Shown here: in pieces, positions 39,744-49,479 of the stretch
Numbering within the stretch: position 1 is the first letter of the stretch
Layout: each line of letters opens with the position of its first letter
NCBI GenBank assembly: GCA_963796275.1
Contig: CAWCKY010000007.1
Coordinates: forward strand, 160,001 to 224,000
Direction: 5' to 3'
Source of the DNA: an uncultured Acidobacteriota bacterium
GTDB taxonomy: Bacteria; Acidobacteriota; Blastocatellia; RBC074
DNA: 64,000 nt
The notes under the pieces: model-generated
Database searches by the model: none
Seen by the model: only the letters and a program-made list of their open reading frames with translations
What the model was told of the DNA's origin: nothing
Program-made: the position numbers and the translations under genes

Positions 39744-41501
39744 ATGAATCGGCCCGAGAGACAAAAAGTGACGGGTAAAAAGACAAGGAGGCAAGGGGAA
39801 GGCGAGACAGGGAGAGTATGCTCAGCAGGCATTTTCTCTCCCTGGCTCCTCGTCTGCTTGTCCTTTTATCTCTTCGTTACCATCTCTCCTTACTCGCTCG
39901 CCTCCAAAAATACGCTCGTCTGGTATGAGACGATTGTCCCATCGTCCAGCGGTATTACTTTTATACACGACAACGCGTTATCGCCGCGCCGCTATCAACC
40001 CGAGTCGATGGGCCCGGGTGTGGCGGTCATCGATTATGACAATGATGGGTGGATGGATTTGTACTTCGTTAACAGCGGAGCATGCGATTTCTTCCAACCG
40101 AAAACGCCTCTGAGAAATGCGCTTTATCGCAACAACCGCAATGGCAAATTTACCGATGTGACGGAAAAGGCGGGTGTGGCCGGGCGCGATTTCGGTCTCG
40201 GCGTGTCAGCAGCCGATTATAACAACGATGGATGGACGGACCTGTTTGTGACCAACTATGGTGGGAATATTCTGTACCGCAACAACAGAGATGGCACCTT
40301 CACCGACATAACAAGAGAGGCGGGACTCGCGGAGAGAGGCCTGTGGACCGCATCGGTCTGGTTCGACTACGACCGCGACGGCCTGCTCGACCTGTTCGTC
40401 GGGCACTTCGTCCGGTACGACAAATCGCGCGAACGCAAATGTGAATACCCCGATGGTACGCATTATTGCCATCCTCTGGGATACGAACCGTGGCCGAGCA
40501 AATTGTATCGAAATATCGGGAACGGTCGGTTTGCGGACGTGAGCGAGCAGGCCGGCGTCGGCAACTTCAAAGGCAAGACATTCGGAGCCGTCAGCACAGA
40601 TATAAACAATGACGGCTGGCTCGATCTTTTCGTCGCAAATGATTCGGAGCCGAACTTTCTCTTTCTCAATCGTAGCGATGGGACGTTCAAAGAGATCGGA
40701 TTCGAAGCCGGGGTTGCTTACAGCAGCGATGGAACGGCGCGTTCCGGTATGGGAGTAGACGCGGCCGATTTCGACGGCGATGGCTGGGAGGACCTGTTCG
40801 TCGCCAACTTCAATCGCGAGCGATTCTCGATTTATCGGAATAGTCGCGACAACTCTTTTAGCGACGACTCGGGCACGACCGGCATAGGAGAAGCTACGCA
40901 GATGTACAGCGGCTGGGGCGTTAAGTTCTTCGACTTCGACGCGGACGGCGACCAGGATTTGATCGTGTGCAACGGACACCCCGACGACCTGATCGAATCG
41001 ATCGATTCTTCGCTCAAGCATAAAGAGCCGATCCTGCTCTTCGAAAATCGGAAAGGTAAATTCTTAAATCTCGGCGCGCGCGCTGGCGAAGCTTTCACAC
41101 GCGGTTTTCCGGCCCGAGGTCTGGCGGTCGGCGACCTGAACAACGACGGCTTTCCTGATGTCGTAATTGCCAATAACGGAGCAGCCCCTCTTCTGCTCAA
41201 GCACAAGGGAGTCGGCGGCAATCACGCCGCGAATCACTGGGTCGGTCTCGATCTGAAAGGGGAATGCGCCGGCGTCCGCATCACATGGTCGGCAGGGGGT
41301 ATGAAACGAAGCCGCTTGAAAACAGCCGGCGGTAGTTATCTCTCATCGCACGATCCGCGCGAATTGTTGGGGTTGGGTACGGCGGCAAAACTGGATTGGC
41401 TCGAGGTGCAGTGGCCCGGCCCGAACAAACGCATCTATCGATTTGAGAATCTCGTGGGGGACCGATACTACTCGCTTAACCAGGCAGGAAAAATTGAATG
41501 A
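39744..41501 (+). CDS. CRTAC1-family protein (FG-GAP/VCBS repeats plus ASPIC/UnbV domain)
   Basis: Multiple DYxNDGWxDL motifs; C-terminal GGSYLSSHDPRELLGLG and LEVQWP. Confidence 0.92.
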   Translation: MNRPERQKVTGKKTRRQGEGETGRVCSAGIFSPWLLVCLSFYLFVTISPYSLASKNTLVWYETIVPSSSGITFIHDNALSPRRYQPESMGPGVAVIDYDNDGWMDLYFVNSGACDFFQPKTPLRNALYRNNRNGKFTDVTEKAGVAGRDFGLGVSAADYNNDGWTDLFVTNYGGNILYRNNRDGTFTDITREAGLAERGLWTASVWFDYDRDGLLDLFVGHFVRYDKSRERKCEYPDGTHYCHPLGYEPWPSKLYRNIGNGRFADVSEQAGVGNFKGKTFGAVSTDINNDGWLDLFVANDSEPNFLFLNRSDGTFKEIGFEAGVAYSSDGTARSGMGVDAADFDGDGWEDLFVANFNRERFSIYRNSRDNSFSDDSGTTGIGEATQMYSGWGVKFFDFDADGDQDLIVCNGHPDDLIESIDSSLKHKEPILLFENRKGKFLNLGARAGEAFTRGFPARGLAVGDLNNDGFPDVVIANNGAAPLLLKHKGVGGNHAANHWVGLDLKGECAGVRITWSAGGMKRSRLKTAGGSYLSSHDPRELLGLGTAAKLDWLEVQWPGPNKRIYRFENLVGDRYYSLNQAGKIE

Positions 41502-42331
41502 AGCATTTCCTGACAATCATAATTTTCCTACTCCTGTGTTCCGGTGACGGTGAAACCTGCGCACAGGTGAACCCATTGCCGGCAGATTCCCAGGGGCAAG
41601 CCGCACTCGATAAAGCCAGGGCGCTCTTTCAACAGCGGCAATATGAACCGGCGCTCGCCGCCGTCGAGGAGGCGCTGCGGCTCGATGCGAAGCTCGTTCC
41701 CGCTCTTTTGCTCAAGTCGCGCCTGGCGATGGTGGCGAACCGCTTCGATGTCGCACGTGGCAGCCTGCTACAAGCTATCGCGATCGCGCCCGATTCTGCC
41801 GAACATTGGTTCCTGCTCGGCTTTGTGCACTATGTCGAAAATGACTTTGTGGCCGCGCAAGAATCGCTTGAACGGGCTGCTAGATTGAAATCCGATCACG
41901 CGGGCGCACAGTTTTATCTGGCGCTGACTTATGAAGGTTTGGGTCGCACCGATGACGCGATTAGTGCATACGAACGCGGGTTGAAGTTGCAGAAAGCGGA
42001 GCAACTCCCCGACATGCTGGTGGCCTATGGGCGGTTACTTTTCACGCTCGGACGCTATGACGACAGTGAGAAGTTGATAGATCGGGCGATCTTCGCCAAA
42101 CCGGATTTGTGCGACGCGCAGTATGAGAAGGGGCGATTGCGGTTCGAACGGCGTGATTACGCCTCCGCCATCAAACATGGAAAGCGGGCTCTGGAACTGC
42201 CCGGCGCCGGCACTACCGAGCGACAGATTCATTATCTGCTGGCGAGGGCATACGGACAGACCGGCCAAAAAGAACGCGCTGAAAGTCACTTGGCGAAGTT
42301 CCGGGCGGCACAACCAACTCTGCGACGTTGA
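41498..42331 (+). CDS. Secreted TPR protein
   Basis: Signal peptide, TPR helices, ATGA overlap with the upstream gene. Confidence 0.87.
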   Translation: MKHFLTIIIFLLLCSGDGETCAQVNPLPADSQGQAALDKARALFQQRQYEPALAAVEEALRLDAKLVPALLLKSRLAMVANRFDVARGSLLQAIAIAPDSAEHWFLLGFVHYVENDFVAAQESLERAARLKSDHAGAQFYLALTYEGLGRTDDAISAYERGLKLQKAEQLPDMLVAYGRLLFTLGRYDDSEKLIDRAIFAKPDLCDAQYEKGRLRFERRDYASAIKHGKRALELPGAGTTERQIHYLLARAYGQTGQKERAESHLAKFRAAQPTLRR

Positions 42332-42337
42332 AGTCTT

Positions 42338-43984
42338 ATGAAGTATGCCCTCCGCTTGATATTAGTATTTTTGGCCGGCTGCGTTGCCGTATCATTCCGG
42401 CTGAATCGCAGTGAAGCGCATCAGGCCGAGCAGCCGCGTTACGTCGGTAATGCGGTCTGCGCTCGTTGTCACGAGTCGATCTATAACAGCTACGCTCAGA
42501 CGCCGATGGCGAACAGCAGCGGCGTCGTCACGGGCGACATAGTAGAAGCCTCATTCACACATACCACTTCAGGCATTCGTTATCGCATCATCGGTGAAAA
42601 TGGGCGTGAGACTGGGAGCGCAGGGGGGACGGTATACCTCGCATACGACCGGATGAGCGGCGCAGCGATCAATGGCAAACAGCAATTGCACTATTTCATA
42701 GGCTCGAATGCAGCGGGACGAAGCTACCTGTTCAGCATCGATCGCTATCTGTTTCAAGCGCCCGTCACATTCTATGCCGGTACGCACCGTTGGGACTCTT
42801 CGCCCGGGTACGAAAACGACCAGGAAATGCGCTTCAACCGCGGGATCGATGCGAACTGTTTATTCTGTCACGCCTCGCAAACGCAGCCGATATTCGGCAC
42901 TCAAAACAGGTTTGCCGATCGGCCGTTCAATCATGCGGGCATCAGTTGCGAACGCTGCCATGGCCCAGGAGGATTGCACGCGGAAGGTAAAGCGAGGATG
43001 GTAAATCCGGCGAAGCTCGATCCGGCGCGCCGTGATGCGGTCTGCGCGCAATGCCATCTGTCCGGCGAAGCGCGCGTCGAACTGCCCGGTAAACGGCTGG
43101 CCCGATTTCGCCCCGGCGATCTGCTGGCGGAATACGTCAGCTATTTTGTTTTTGCCGAAGCAGGGAATTCAGAGCTGAAGGTCAACAGCCACGTAGAGCA
43201 TCTGGCGCGAAGCGCGTGTAAGCAAAAAAGCGGCGACCGGATGTCGTGCTTGAGCTGTCATGATCCGCATTCCGTGCCATCGCCCCAGGAGCGTGCCTCC
43301 TATTTTCGCGCGCGGTGTCTGAGTTGCCACCAGGCTGAACATTTGCCGAAGACGCATGAAATTGCGTCAGACTGCGCGAGTTGCCACATGCAAAGAAGAC
43401 CTACAGTGGATGGCGGCCACGGCGTTCTGACCGATCACAGCATTTCGCGAGTGCCTAGCCAGGCATCGACTGCAGATATTCAGGCGCGCAGACTGATTTC
43501 ATTCGATGGGTTCACTTCTGACGAAAGGGGATTGGGGCTGGCATACGCCGAAGTTGCTTTATGGAGCGGCGATCAATTTCACAAATCTGAAGCATTCCGT
43601 CTGTTGATATCCGCGATGAAACGTAACCCGCGCGATGCCGAGGTGCTTACGCGTCTGGGCTTCCTTCATACAGAGCGAGGCGAAATTCTGAAAGCCGCAA
43701 AATTTTATGAAGCGGCTCTGCAGTTAGAGCCATATCGAACAGTCGCGCTCGTCAATCTGGGTGGGATTTATGCTTCGCAGGGTAGGACCGAAGACGCGAT
43801 CAAATTGTGGGATAGGGCATTGAAGAGCAATGCCGGTCTGACGGAAGCCTCGCTCAACCTGGCACAGATTTACCTCTCCCGGAAGAGGCCTGATAAGGCG
43901 CGCGAGGTCTTACAAAGAGCTCTGCGTTTCGATCCTGATGCGGGAGAGGTTAGGCGAATGCTCCGAGACCTTCCACCCAATTGA
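42338..43984 (+). CDS. Multiheme cytochrome c (7 CxxCH) with C-terminal TPR repeats
   Basis: CARCH, CLFCH, CERCH, CAQCH, CLSCH twice, CASCH; YVGNAVC start and TDHSI motif; TPR tail. Confidence 0.9.
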   Translation: MKYALRLILVFLAGCVAVSFRLNRSEAHQAEQPRYVGNAVCARCHESIYNSYAQTPMANSSGVVTGDIVEASFTHTTSGIRYRIIGENGRETGSAGGTVYLAYDRMSGAAINGKQQLHYFIGSNAAGRSYLFSIDRYLFQAPVTFYAGTHRWDSSPGYENDQEMRFNRGIDANCLFCHASQTQPIFGTQNRFADRPFNHAGISCERCHGPGGLHAEGKARMVNPAKLDPARRDAVCAQCHLSGEARVELPGKRLARFRPGDLLAEYVSYFVFAEAGNSELKVNSHVEHLARSACKQKSGDRMSCLSCHDPHSVPSPQERASYFRARCLSCHQAEHLPKTHEIASDCASCHMQRRPTVDGGHGVLTDHSISRVPSQASTADIQARRLISFDGFTSDERGLGLAYAEVALWSGDQFHKSEAFRLLISAMKRNPRDAEVLTRLGFLHTERGEILKAAKFYEAALQLEPYRTVALVNLGGIYASQGRTEDAIKLWDRALKSNAGLTEASLNLAQIYLSRKRPDKAREVLQRALRFDPDAGEVRRMLRDLPPN

Positions 43985-44046
43985 TCGGCAACATAGTAGG
44001 TAACACTTATAACATTTGTAATAAGGTATATCGATAAAATCAAATA

Positions 44047-44844
44047 ATGAGATTCAAAGATCAGGTTATCTGGATCACCGGAGCATCGTCGGGAATTGGC
44101 GAAGCTCTAACCTATGCATTCGATAAAGAAGGCGCACGTTTGATTATCTCGGGACGGCGGGAGGCTGAACTCGAAAGAGTGAAACGAAACTGCGAGGGGT
44201 CTGAGGAAAAGATATTCACTCTCCCGCTCGATCTCAGCCAATTCGATTCGCTTGCGGAGAAAGTGAATGCTGCCGAGAGAGAATTTGGCCATATTGATAT
44301 ATTAATCAATAACGGCGGGATAACTCAGCGTTCCCTGGTGAAAGATACAATATTCGATGTAGATCGAGCGATTATGAATACGAATTACTTCGGCACGGTG
44401 GCTTTGACGAAAGCCGTCCTGCCGGGGATGCTCGCTCGCAAATCCGGGCATATAGTCGTGGTCAGCAGTCTGATGGGTTATCTCGACACTCCGTTTAGAT
44501 CTGGCTATGCGGCTTCGAAACACGCGCTTCACGGTTACTTCGATAGTCTGCGTACCGAAGTCTGGCGGGAGAACATCAAAGTTACGATCATCTGTCCCGG
44601 ATACATAAAAACAAATATTTCGCTCTACGCGCTCGAGGCGGATGGCAAAAGTTATGGTCGGATGGACGAATCGCAGTCTTCCGGAATGCCTGCCGATGTG
44701 TGCGCAGCGAAAGCGTTGCAAGCAATCGCACGTGGCAAACAAGAGGTGATGATCGGCGGAAAAGAGGTGCTCGCGGTATACCTCAAACGCTTCCTGCCCT
44801 CGTACTATTCAAAATTTGTTCGCCGGTTCGTAAAAACCAGCTGA
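44047..44844 (+). CDS. Short-chain dehydrogenase/reductase (DHRS7-like)
   Basis: Motifs WITGASSGIG, INNGG, YAASKHAL. Confidence 0.93.
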   Translation: MRFKDQVIWITGASSGIGEALTYAFDKEGARLIISGRREAELERVKRNCEGSEEKIFTLPLDLSQFDSLAEKVNAAEREFGHIDILINNGGITQRSLVKDTIFDVDRAIMNTNYFGTVALTKAVLPGMLARKSGHIVVVSSLMGYLDTPFRSGYAASKHALHGYFDSLRTEVWRENIKVTIICPGYIKTNISLYALEADGKSYGRMDESQSSGMPADVCAAKALQAIARGKQEVMIGGKEVLAVYLKRFLPSYYSKFVRRFVKTS

Positions 44845-44846
44845 GC

Positions 44847-45018
44847 TTGGAGTGCGGTTTCTTGCGATACTGCTGGCGAATCAGTACCGCGAGCGGTAGC
44901 GAGCGTGACTTCCGGCGTAAATCCTTTGCGAGAGCCACGCTCGCTACCGCTCGCGGTACTGATTTGCTGTCCAAAACGAATTCACCAGCGGCATCCCAAG
45001 CAAGCAACCGCACTCCAA
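44847..45018. repeat. Family-A REP (44879-44964) nested in a TTGGAGTGCGG / CCGCACTCCAA inverted repeat
   Basis: Both inverted repeats are directly visible; flanks are shared with the 7239-7618 element. Confidence 0.85.
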
Positions 45019-45320
45019 ACTGCTCCGCACTCCCCAACATAGTAGGGCAGCGCAGCCGTAGCCGACCGCTGCACCGCGCTCCGAGTGGCTCAGCTCGCAG
45101 CCGCTTGTAGCAATGGGTGAAGGGAGATGTGCCACCTGGCCATGCCATGCCCGTGCATTCGGACGAGACGGCTTTGTTAGTGTCCGGCACGCTCGACCCC
45201 CAACGCGTACGAGCGATGGGGCAATGAAGCCGTGCGGTATCTCACCCGCGTCGGCACGTGGCGATCCCGAACTTGTCCCACGGCTTCAGTTCAGTAACTT
45301 AATGCGACTTTTGATGGTTG

Positions 45321-45683
45321 TTAACCTTTCTTGCGAGCGATTACGGCTATGAGAGCTCCGAAAGCCGCGGGGATTCCCAAGGTCGCAAGCAATGCAAAGT
45401 TACTGTCGATATCGAACGGAAGATCGATCCGCCGCCCGAGGATGCTGATGACAAAAATCATGCCTACGGCTGCCCCGGCCAAACCCACCCACGGGGCGTG
45501 CTGTTTTTCAGCTATCTTTCCCGCGATGAGGCCGGCAGCCGCGCTGATGGCTGCAAGGTGTAGCGCGCTCGCGATGAACGGCCACGGTAATACGTACAAT
45601 GTTTGCCTGATTACCCGGTCAAGGACGACAAACGTCCCGACAGTTGACAGGGCTCCACACAGGGCCGCTATGACGTTGTTCAT
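45321..45683 (-). CDS. Small four-TM membrane protein, unknown function
   Basis: AAGGAGG RBS before ATG; four hydrophobic segments. Confidence 0.7.
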   Translation of the reverse strand: MNNVIAALCGALSTVGTFVVLDRVIRQTLYVLPWPFIASALHLAAISAAAGLIAGKIAEKQHAPWVGLAGAAVGMIFVISILGRRIDLPFDIDSNFALLATLGIPAAFGALIAVIARKKG

Positions 45684-45983
45684 TACCCCTCCTTACATAG
45701 TGCGCTCTGCGCACAAGATGAGATATCGCCACATTCAGGTCGCGAAATGATGCCTTAGTTTTCGGAAAGTTGGGCTTTCAGGGGGACTTCATTCCTGTAT
45801 TGCCAAGCATACTGGGTCGGTGAACCTTGCTGATCTGGTAATTGACGGGATCGATCAGTTTCAGCAGCAGTTCGACCCGCCGCAAACAGGTCGACCGGCT
45901 GGCAGTATACACTGCTATCATACAATGACGCACGGCTCGTGAGTTAATGGACGTTTATGTTGGGGAAAATAAAAATCGACGAT

Positions 45984-46056
45984 GGGCCGGGATACCCAGG
46001 GTTCCGCCTTCGGCTCCACCCTTGGCTTTATCCTATCGCCCGCGAAGCGGGCTTAG
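45984..46056. repeat. Half copy of a REP-like element
   Basis: CCCAGGGTTCCGCCTTCGGCTCCACCCTTGG...GCCCGCGAAGCGGGC, arranged like the right arm at 7456-7515. Confidence 0.5.
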
Positions 46057-46134
46057 AACAATAACGTAGAATTTTATCGACCTGGTCAACAAATGATATG
46101 GTGGAACGCTCCTCATTCCCTCCGTTTCAATTTT

Positions 46135-47402
46135 TTATGGCAATCGCTGCCAGGCGGGAACCCGGAGGATAACCCATAGTAGAAGGAGAAGCAGAAACAA
46201 GGCTGGCAAAATGATTGCATATTGGACCGGCATCCATTGCGCCATAGCACCCGCGAACCCGCTGCCCAGAGGGGCTAATCCGATGATGGTCAGGGTATAG
46301 TAGCTCATCATCCGTCCACGCATCTCCTCTTCCACATCAGCTTGAATGCCGGTAGCGATGGCGGCGAACGTGATGGCGGTCGCGGCGCCGTTGATGCCGA
46401 GCGCAATGAGCGAGACCGTGTACCACGGTGATAGCGCCAAAAGTATGACCGAAGTGATCAGTATCGACACGCTGTAGAAAAGGCAAACCCTCTGCCGTCT
46501 CACTCCGCCCAACGCGGCCAGGCCGAGTCCTCCGGCTAGTGTGCCCGCGCTGGCTATGGCATTCATGGTCGCCAGTCCGCTTGCTCCGACCGCCAGGACG
46601 TCGCGCGCCAAGACCGGCATCAGATGGAGAAAAGAACGCCCGAGGAGATTGGTCATGGCCGATAAATAGATGAGCAATCCCAGGCCGGCATGGTCCGCAA
46701 ATAGGCGAGACCCGCGGTCATATCCGCCAACGGCGAGCGGGGCCGGCGATCAGTTTTTGCCGTGCCCTTCAATGAGATGGAGAAAAGAGGAACAAGAACG
46801 GCGAGATAGCTGATTGAATTCAAGCCGAAGACGATGCCCGCACCTTCAATACTTTGACTCTCGTACCGTTTCAAGATCATTCCGGCCAGAGCGGATCCGA
46901 TGAGCCCTGCGCCGGTGAACGTGATTCCGTTGAGCGCCATCGCGCTTGCCATATCCGCCCGTGGAACGAGTGCCGGGATGAGCGCTTGCCTCGTCGGATT
47001 ATCGATAGCCAGCACGATCGCTCCTAAGAAACTGAGGCAGACGATCTGCCATGCGGTGACACGGCCCGTGAGCGTCAGCACCGATAAGACGGCACCCAGA
47101 ATCGCCGCGGAGAATTGTGTGTACTTGATCACTGTCAGCCTATTGAATCGATCGGCGATCACCCCGCCGAACAGCGGTAGAATCGTCATCGGCAGCGCAA
47201 ATGAGATAGCCAATGCGCCCAACATCAGCCGGCTGTTACTGATCTGATAGAGCAACCACCCCTGGGCGATATTCCGCGCCCAGGTTCCGGAGTTGGAGAC
47301 CAGCAAACCTAACCAGAGCAGACGGAAATGCCGGTGGCGCAGAGCGCCCAGGCCGAGGGAGCTATCTTTACCCGATCTCGACGACGAGAGCATAAATGAC
47401 AT
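46135..47402 (-). CDS. MFS transporter (EntS/DHA3-like), split by one frameshift near 46695
   Basis: N-half has FRLLWLGLLVS and GGVIADRFNR; C-half has EEMRGRMMSYY. Adding one G to CGGAC restores LRDHAGLGLLIYLSAMTN. Confidence 0.85.
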
Positions 47403-47406
47403 CGGT

Positions 47407-48507
47407 TTACTTGTGTCCAGCCTGCGGTCGATATATGAAACGGCCCGATTCCTTTTCGCCCTTCCGGTTCGCGTCATTCGCCATCGCCAGCGCAGCGTCG
47501 ACCAGATCATGACTGGGTGCCCATTGGCACACAGGATCGGTCTGCGTGGCATCGCCGGTCAAGGCAAAAGCCTGACAACGACATCCTCCAAAATCGAGAT
47601 GGCGCCGATCACAACTGCGGCACGGCTCGACCATCCAGTCCGTCCCCCGGTACTGGTTAAATGACGGCGAGTGGTGCCAAATCCAATCCAGGCTGCGTTC
47701 CCTTACATTTTCAAAGTGGAGCGTCTTTATCGAACCGGCTGCCGAGCAGGGCAATACTGTGCCGTCAGGAGCAACTATCAACTGGATATGTCCCCACCCA
47801 CCCATACAAGGTTTCGGGTATGGTTCGTAATAATCGGCGAGCACCCAGATCAACTCGACCCGTCCTTTCAGGTCGGCCTTCTTCTGTCGATAGACGGTAT
47901 GGGCTCGGGCCAGTTGGTCGCGGGTCGGAAGTAGACGTTCACGGTTCAATAAAGCCCAGTGATAGTACTGGGTATTGGCGAGCTCAAGACGTTCGGCTCC
48001 CCATGAGACGCAGATATCTATTATCTCTTCCAGTTGATCCAGATTGTGGCGGTGCAATACGACATTCATCGTCAGCGGCAGATTGGCCTCGCGTACGGCT
48101 CTCGCCGCATCGAATTTCTCGCGATAAGATTTCCGCCCGCCGATCATATCCGAAAGTTTGGGCGCTGCGGCCTGCAGACTGAGTTGGACGCCGCTCAATC
48201 CTTTTTCAGCCAGGCTGCGAGCTATCTGAGCGGTGAGACCGACTCCGCTGGTGATAAGGTTGGTGTACAGGCCGAGATCGCTGGCGCCGCGCAGCAGCTC
48301 TCGCAGGTCGACTCTCGCCAGAGGCTCTCCGCCCGTCAGGTGTACCTGCACGACGCCCAGAGCCTGAGCCTCTTTAAAAACGCGACACCATTCGGCAGTG
48401 TCCAGTTCTTCATCCGGCCCTTGCAGCTGCAAGGGATTCGAGCAGTAGACGCAGTGTAGCGGGCAGCTATGGGTGACTTCAGCTACCAAAGCAAAAGGAA
48501 GATCCAT
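47407..48507 (-). CDS. pqqE: PqqA peptide cyclase, radical SAM/SPASM enzyme
   Basis: Motifs CPLHCVYCSNP, LELANTQYY, PKPCMGGWG, CRSCDRRHLDFGGCRCQA. Confidence 0.96.
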   Translation of the reverse strand: MDLPFALVAEVTHSCPLHCVYCSNPLQLQGPDEELDTAEWCRVFKEAQALGVVQVHLTGGEPLARVDLRELLRGASDLGLYTNLITSGVGLTAQIARSLAEKGLSGVQLSLQAAAPKLSDMIGGRKSYREKFDAARAVREANLPLTMNVVLHRHNLDQLEEIIDICVSWGAERLELANTQYYHWALLNRERLLPTRDQLARAHTVYRQKKADLKGRVELIWVLADYYEPYPKPCMGGWGHIQLIVAPDGTVLPCSAAGSIKTLHFENVRERSLDWIWHHSPSFNQYRGTDWMVEPCRSCDRRHLDFGGCRCQAFALTGDATQTDPVCQWAPSHDLVDAALAMANDANRKGEKESGRFIYRPQAGHK

Positions 48508-48779
48508 TACTCAATCCACCTTTGGTCGAAGGCTTGATGAATAAACTCCCTGATCTCTTCAATCAGGTCTGCGCGCTCAAAGCGGGTCTCCAGGTCCAGG
48601 GCGATCTCGCTGATCGTGTGCTGGCCGTTGCAGAGAGCGAGTACCGCGGCTGCTGAGCGATTCAACTTCACGACGCGTTCCGGCAATAGGAGCAAGTCGA
48701 TCTGCCGCACCTCGTCAAAGCGCAATCGCGCTTTACTCGAGAGCGCCGGTTTGGACAAATCGGATATCCGTTCAACCAT
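48507..48779 (-). CDS. pqqD: PqqA-binding chaperone (RRE domain)
   Basis: Motif LRFDEVR...LLLPERVVKLN; lies between pqqC and pqqE. Confidence 0.93.
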   Translation of the reverse strand: MVERISDLSKPALSSKARLRFDEVRQIDLLLLPERVVKLNRSAAAVLALCNGQHTISEIALDLETRFERADLIEEIREFIHQAFDQRWIE

Positions 48780-48788
48780 TTGCTCTCG

Positions 48789-49478
48789 CTATCTCGTGGC
48801 ACCGTCGATGGCGTCCAGCAACGACCAGAGCACATCGCATTTGAAATTCAAGGCGGCGATTGCCAGCTCCTGGTCGTGACGGGTTTTCGCGCTCCGGATC
48901 ACAAGATCAAGTGCATGATCGACATCTCTCGGAGCTTGATCCAGGCGCTGATGGAAATAACGCAGACCTTCCGGCTTCACCCAGGGATAAAATTTTTCGA
49001 TGACCCCAATCCTTTTGGCGACCAGGTCGGGAGCGAAGAGTTCGGTCAGGGAAGAGGCGACTGCCTCGGGCCACGGTTTGAGGCGGCAAAAATTGACATA
49101 ACCTTCAACCGCGAAGCGAACCCCGGGTAACACGGCGCTGTCATCGAGCATCTCCTCACGGGAAAGCCCGGCAGCCTCTCCCAAAGCGAGCCACGCTTCT
49201 ATCCCGCCTTCCTGCCCTTGCCGTCCATCATGATCGATGATCCTCGTCAACCAGAGCCGGCGGTCTTCACGAGCCGGAAGCTTGGAGAGGATGATCGCGT
49301 CTTTAATGGGGATGTTTTTTTGGTAATAGAAGCGGTTCAGCACCCATCGGCGAAACTGCTCCGGGGTCAACCGCCCTTCATTCATGCGTAATTGAAATGG
49401 GTGCAGGTTATGGTATTTGGCCGCACCGACCGCTCTTAATCGATCGATCAATTCATCCTTCGACCAGACTTCCTGCAT
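48789..49478 (-). CDS. pqqC: Pyrroloquinoline-quinone synthase
   Basis: Motifs YHNLHPF, NRFYYQKNIPIKDA, RIIDHDG, SLTELFAP; ATG at 49478 lies just after the pqqB stop. Confidence 0.96.
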   Translation of the reverse strand: MQEVWSKDELIDRLRAVGAAKYHNLHPFQLRMNEGRLTPEQFRRWVLNRFYYQKNIPIKDAIILSKLPAREDRRLWLTRIIDHDGRQGQEGGIEAWLALGEAAGLSREEMLDDSAVLPGVRFAVEGYVNFCRLKPWPEAVASSLTELFAPDLVAKRIGVIEKFYPWVKPEGLRYFHQRLDQAPRDVDHALDLVIRSAKTRHDQELAIAALNFKCDVLWSLLDAIDGATR

Positions 49479-49479
49479 G

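Noticed and set aside
47407-48507. Radical SAM/SPASM enzyme as a novel RiPP maturase
   Set aside because: Motifs and the adjacent pqqB/C/D genes identify it as canonical PqqE.
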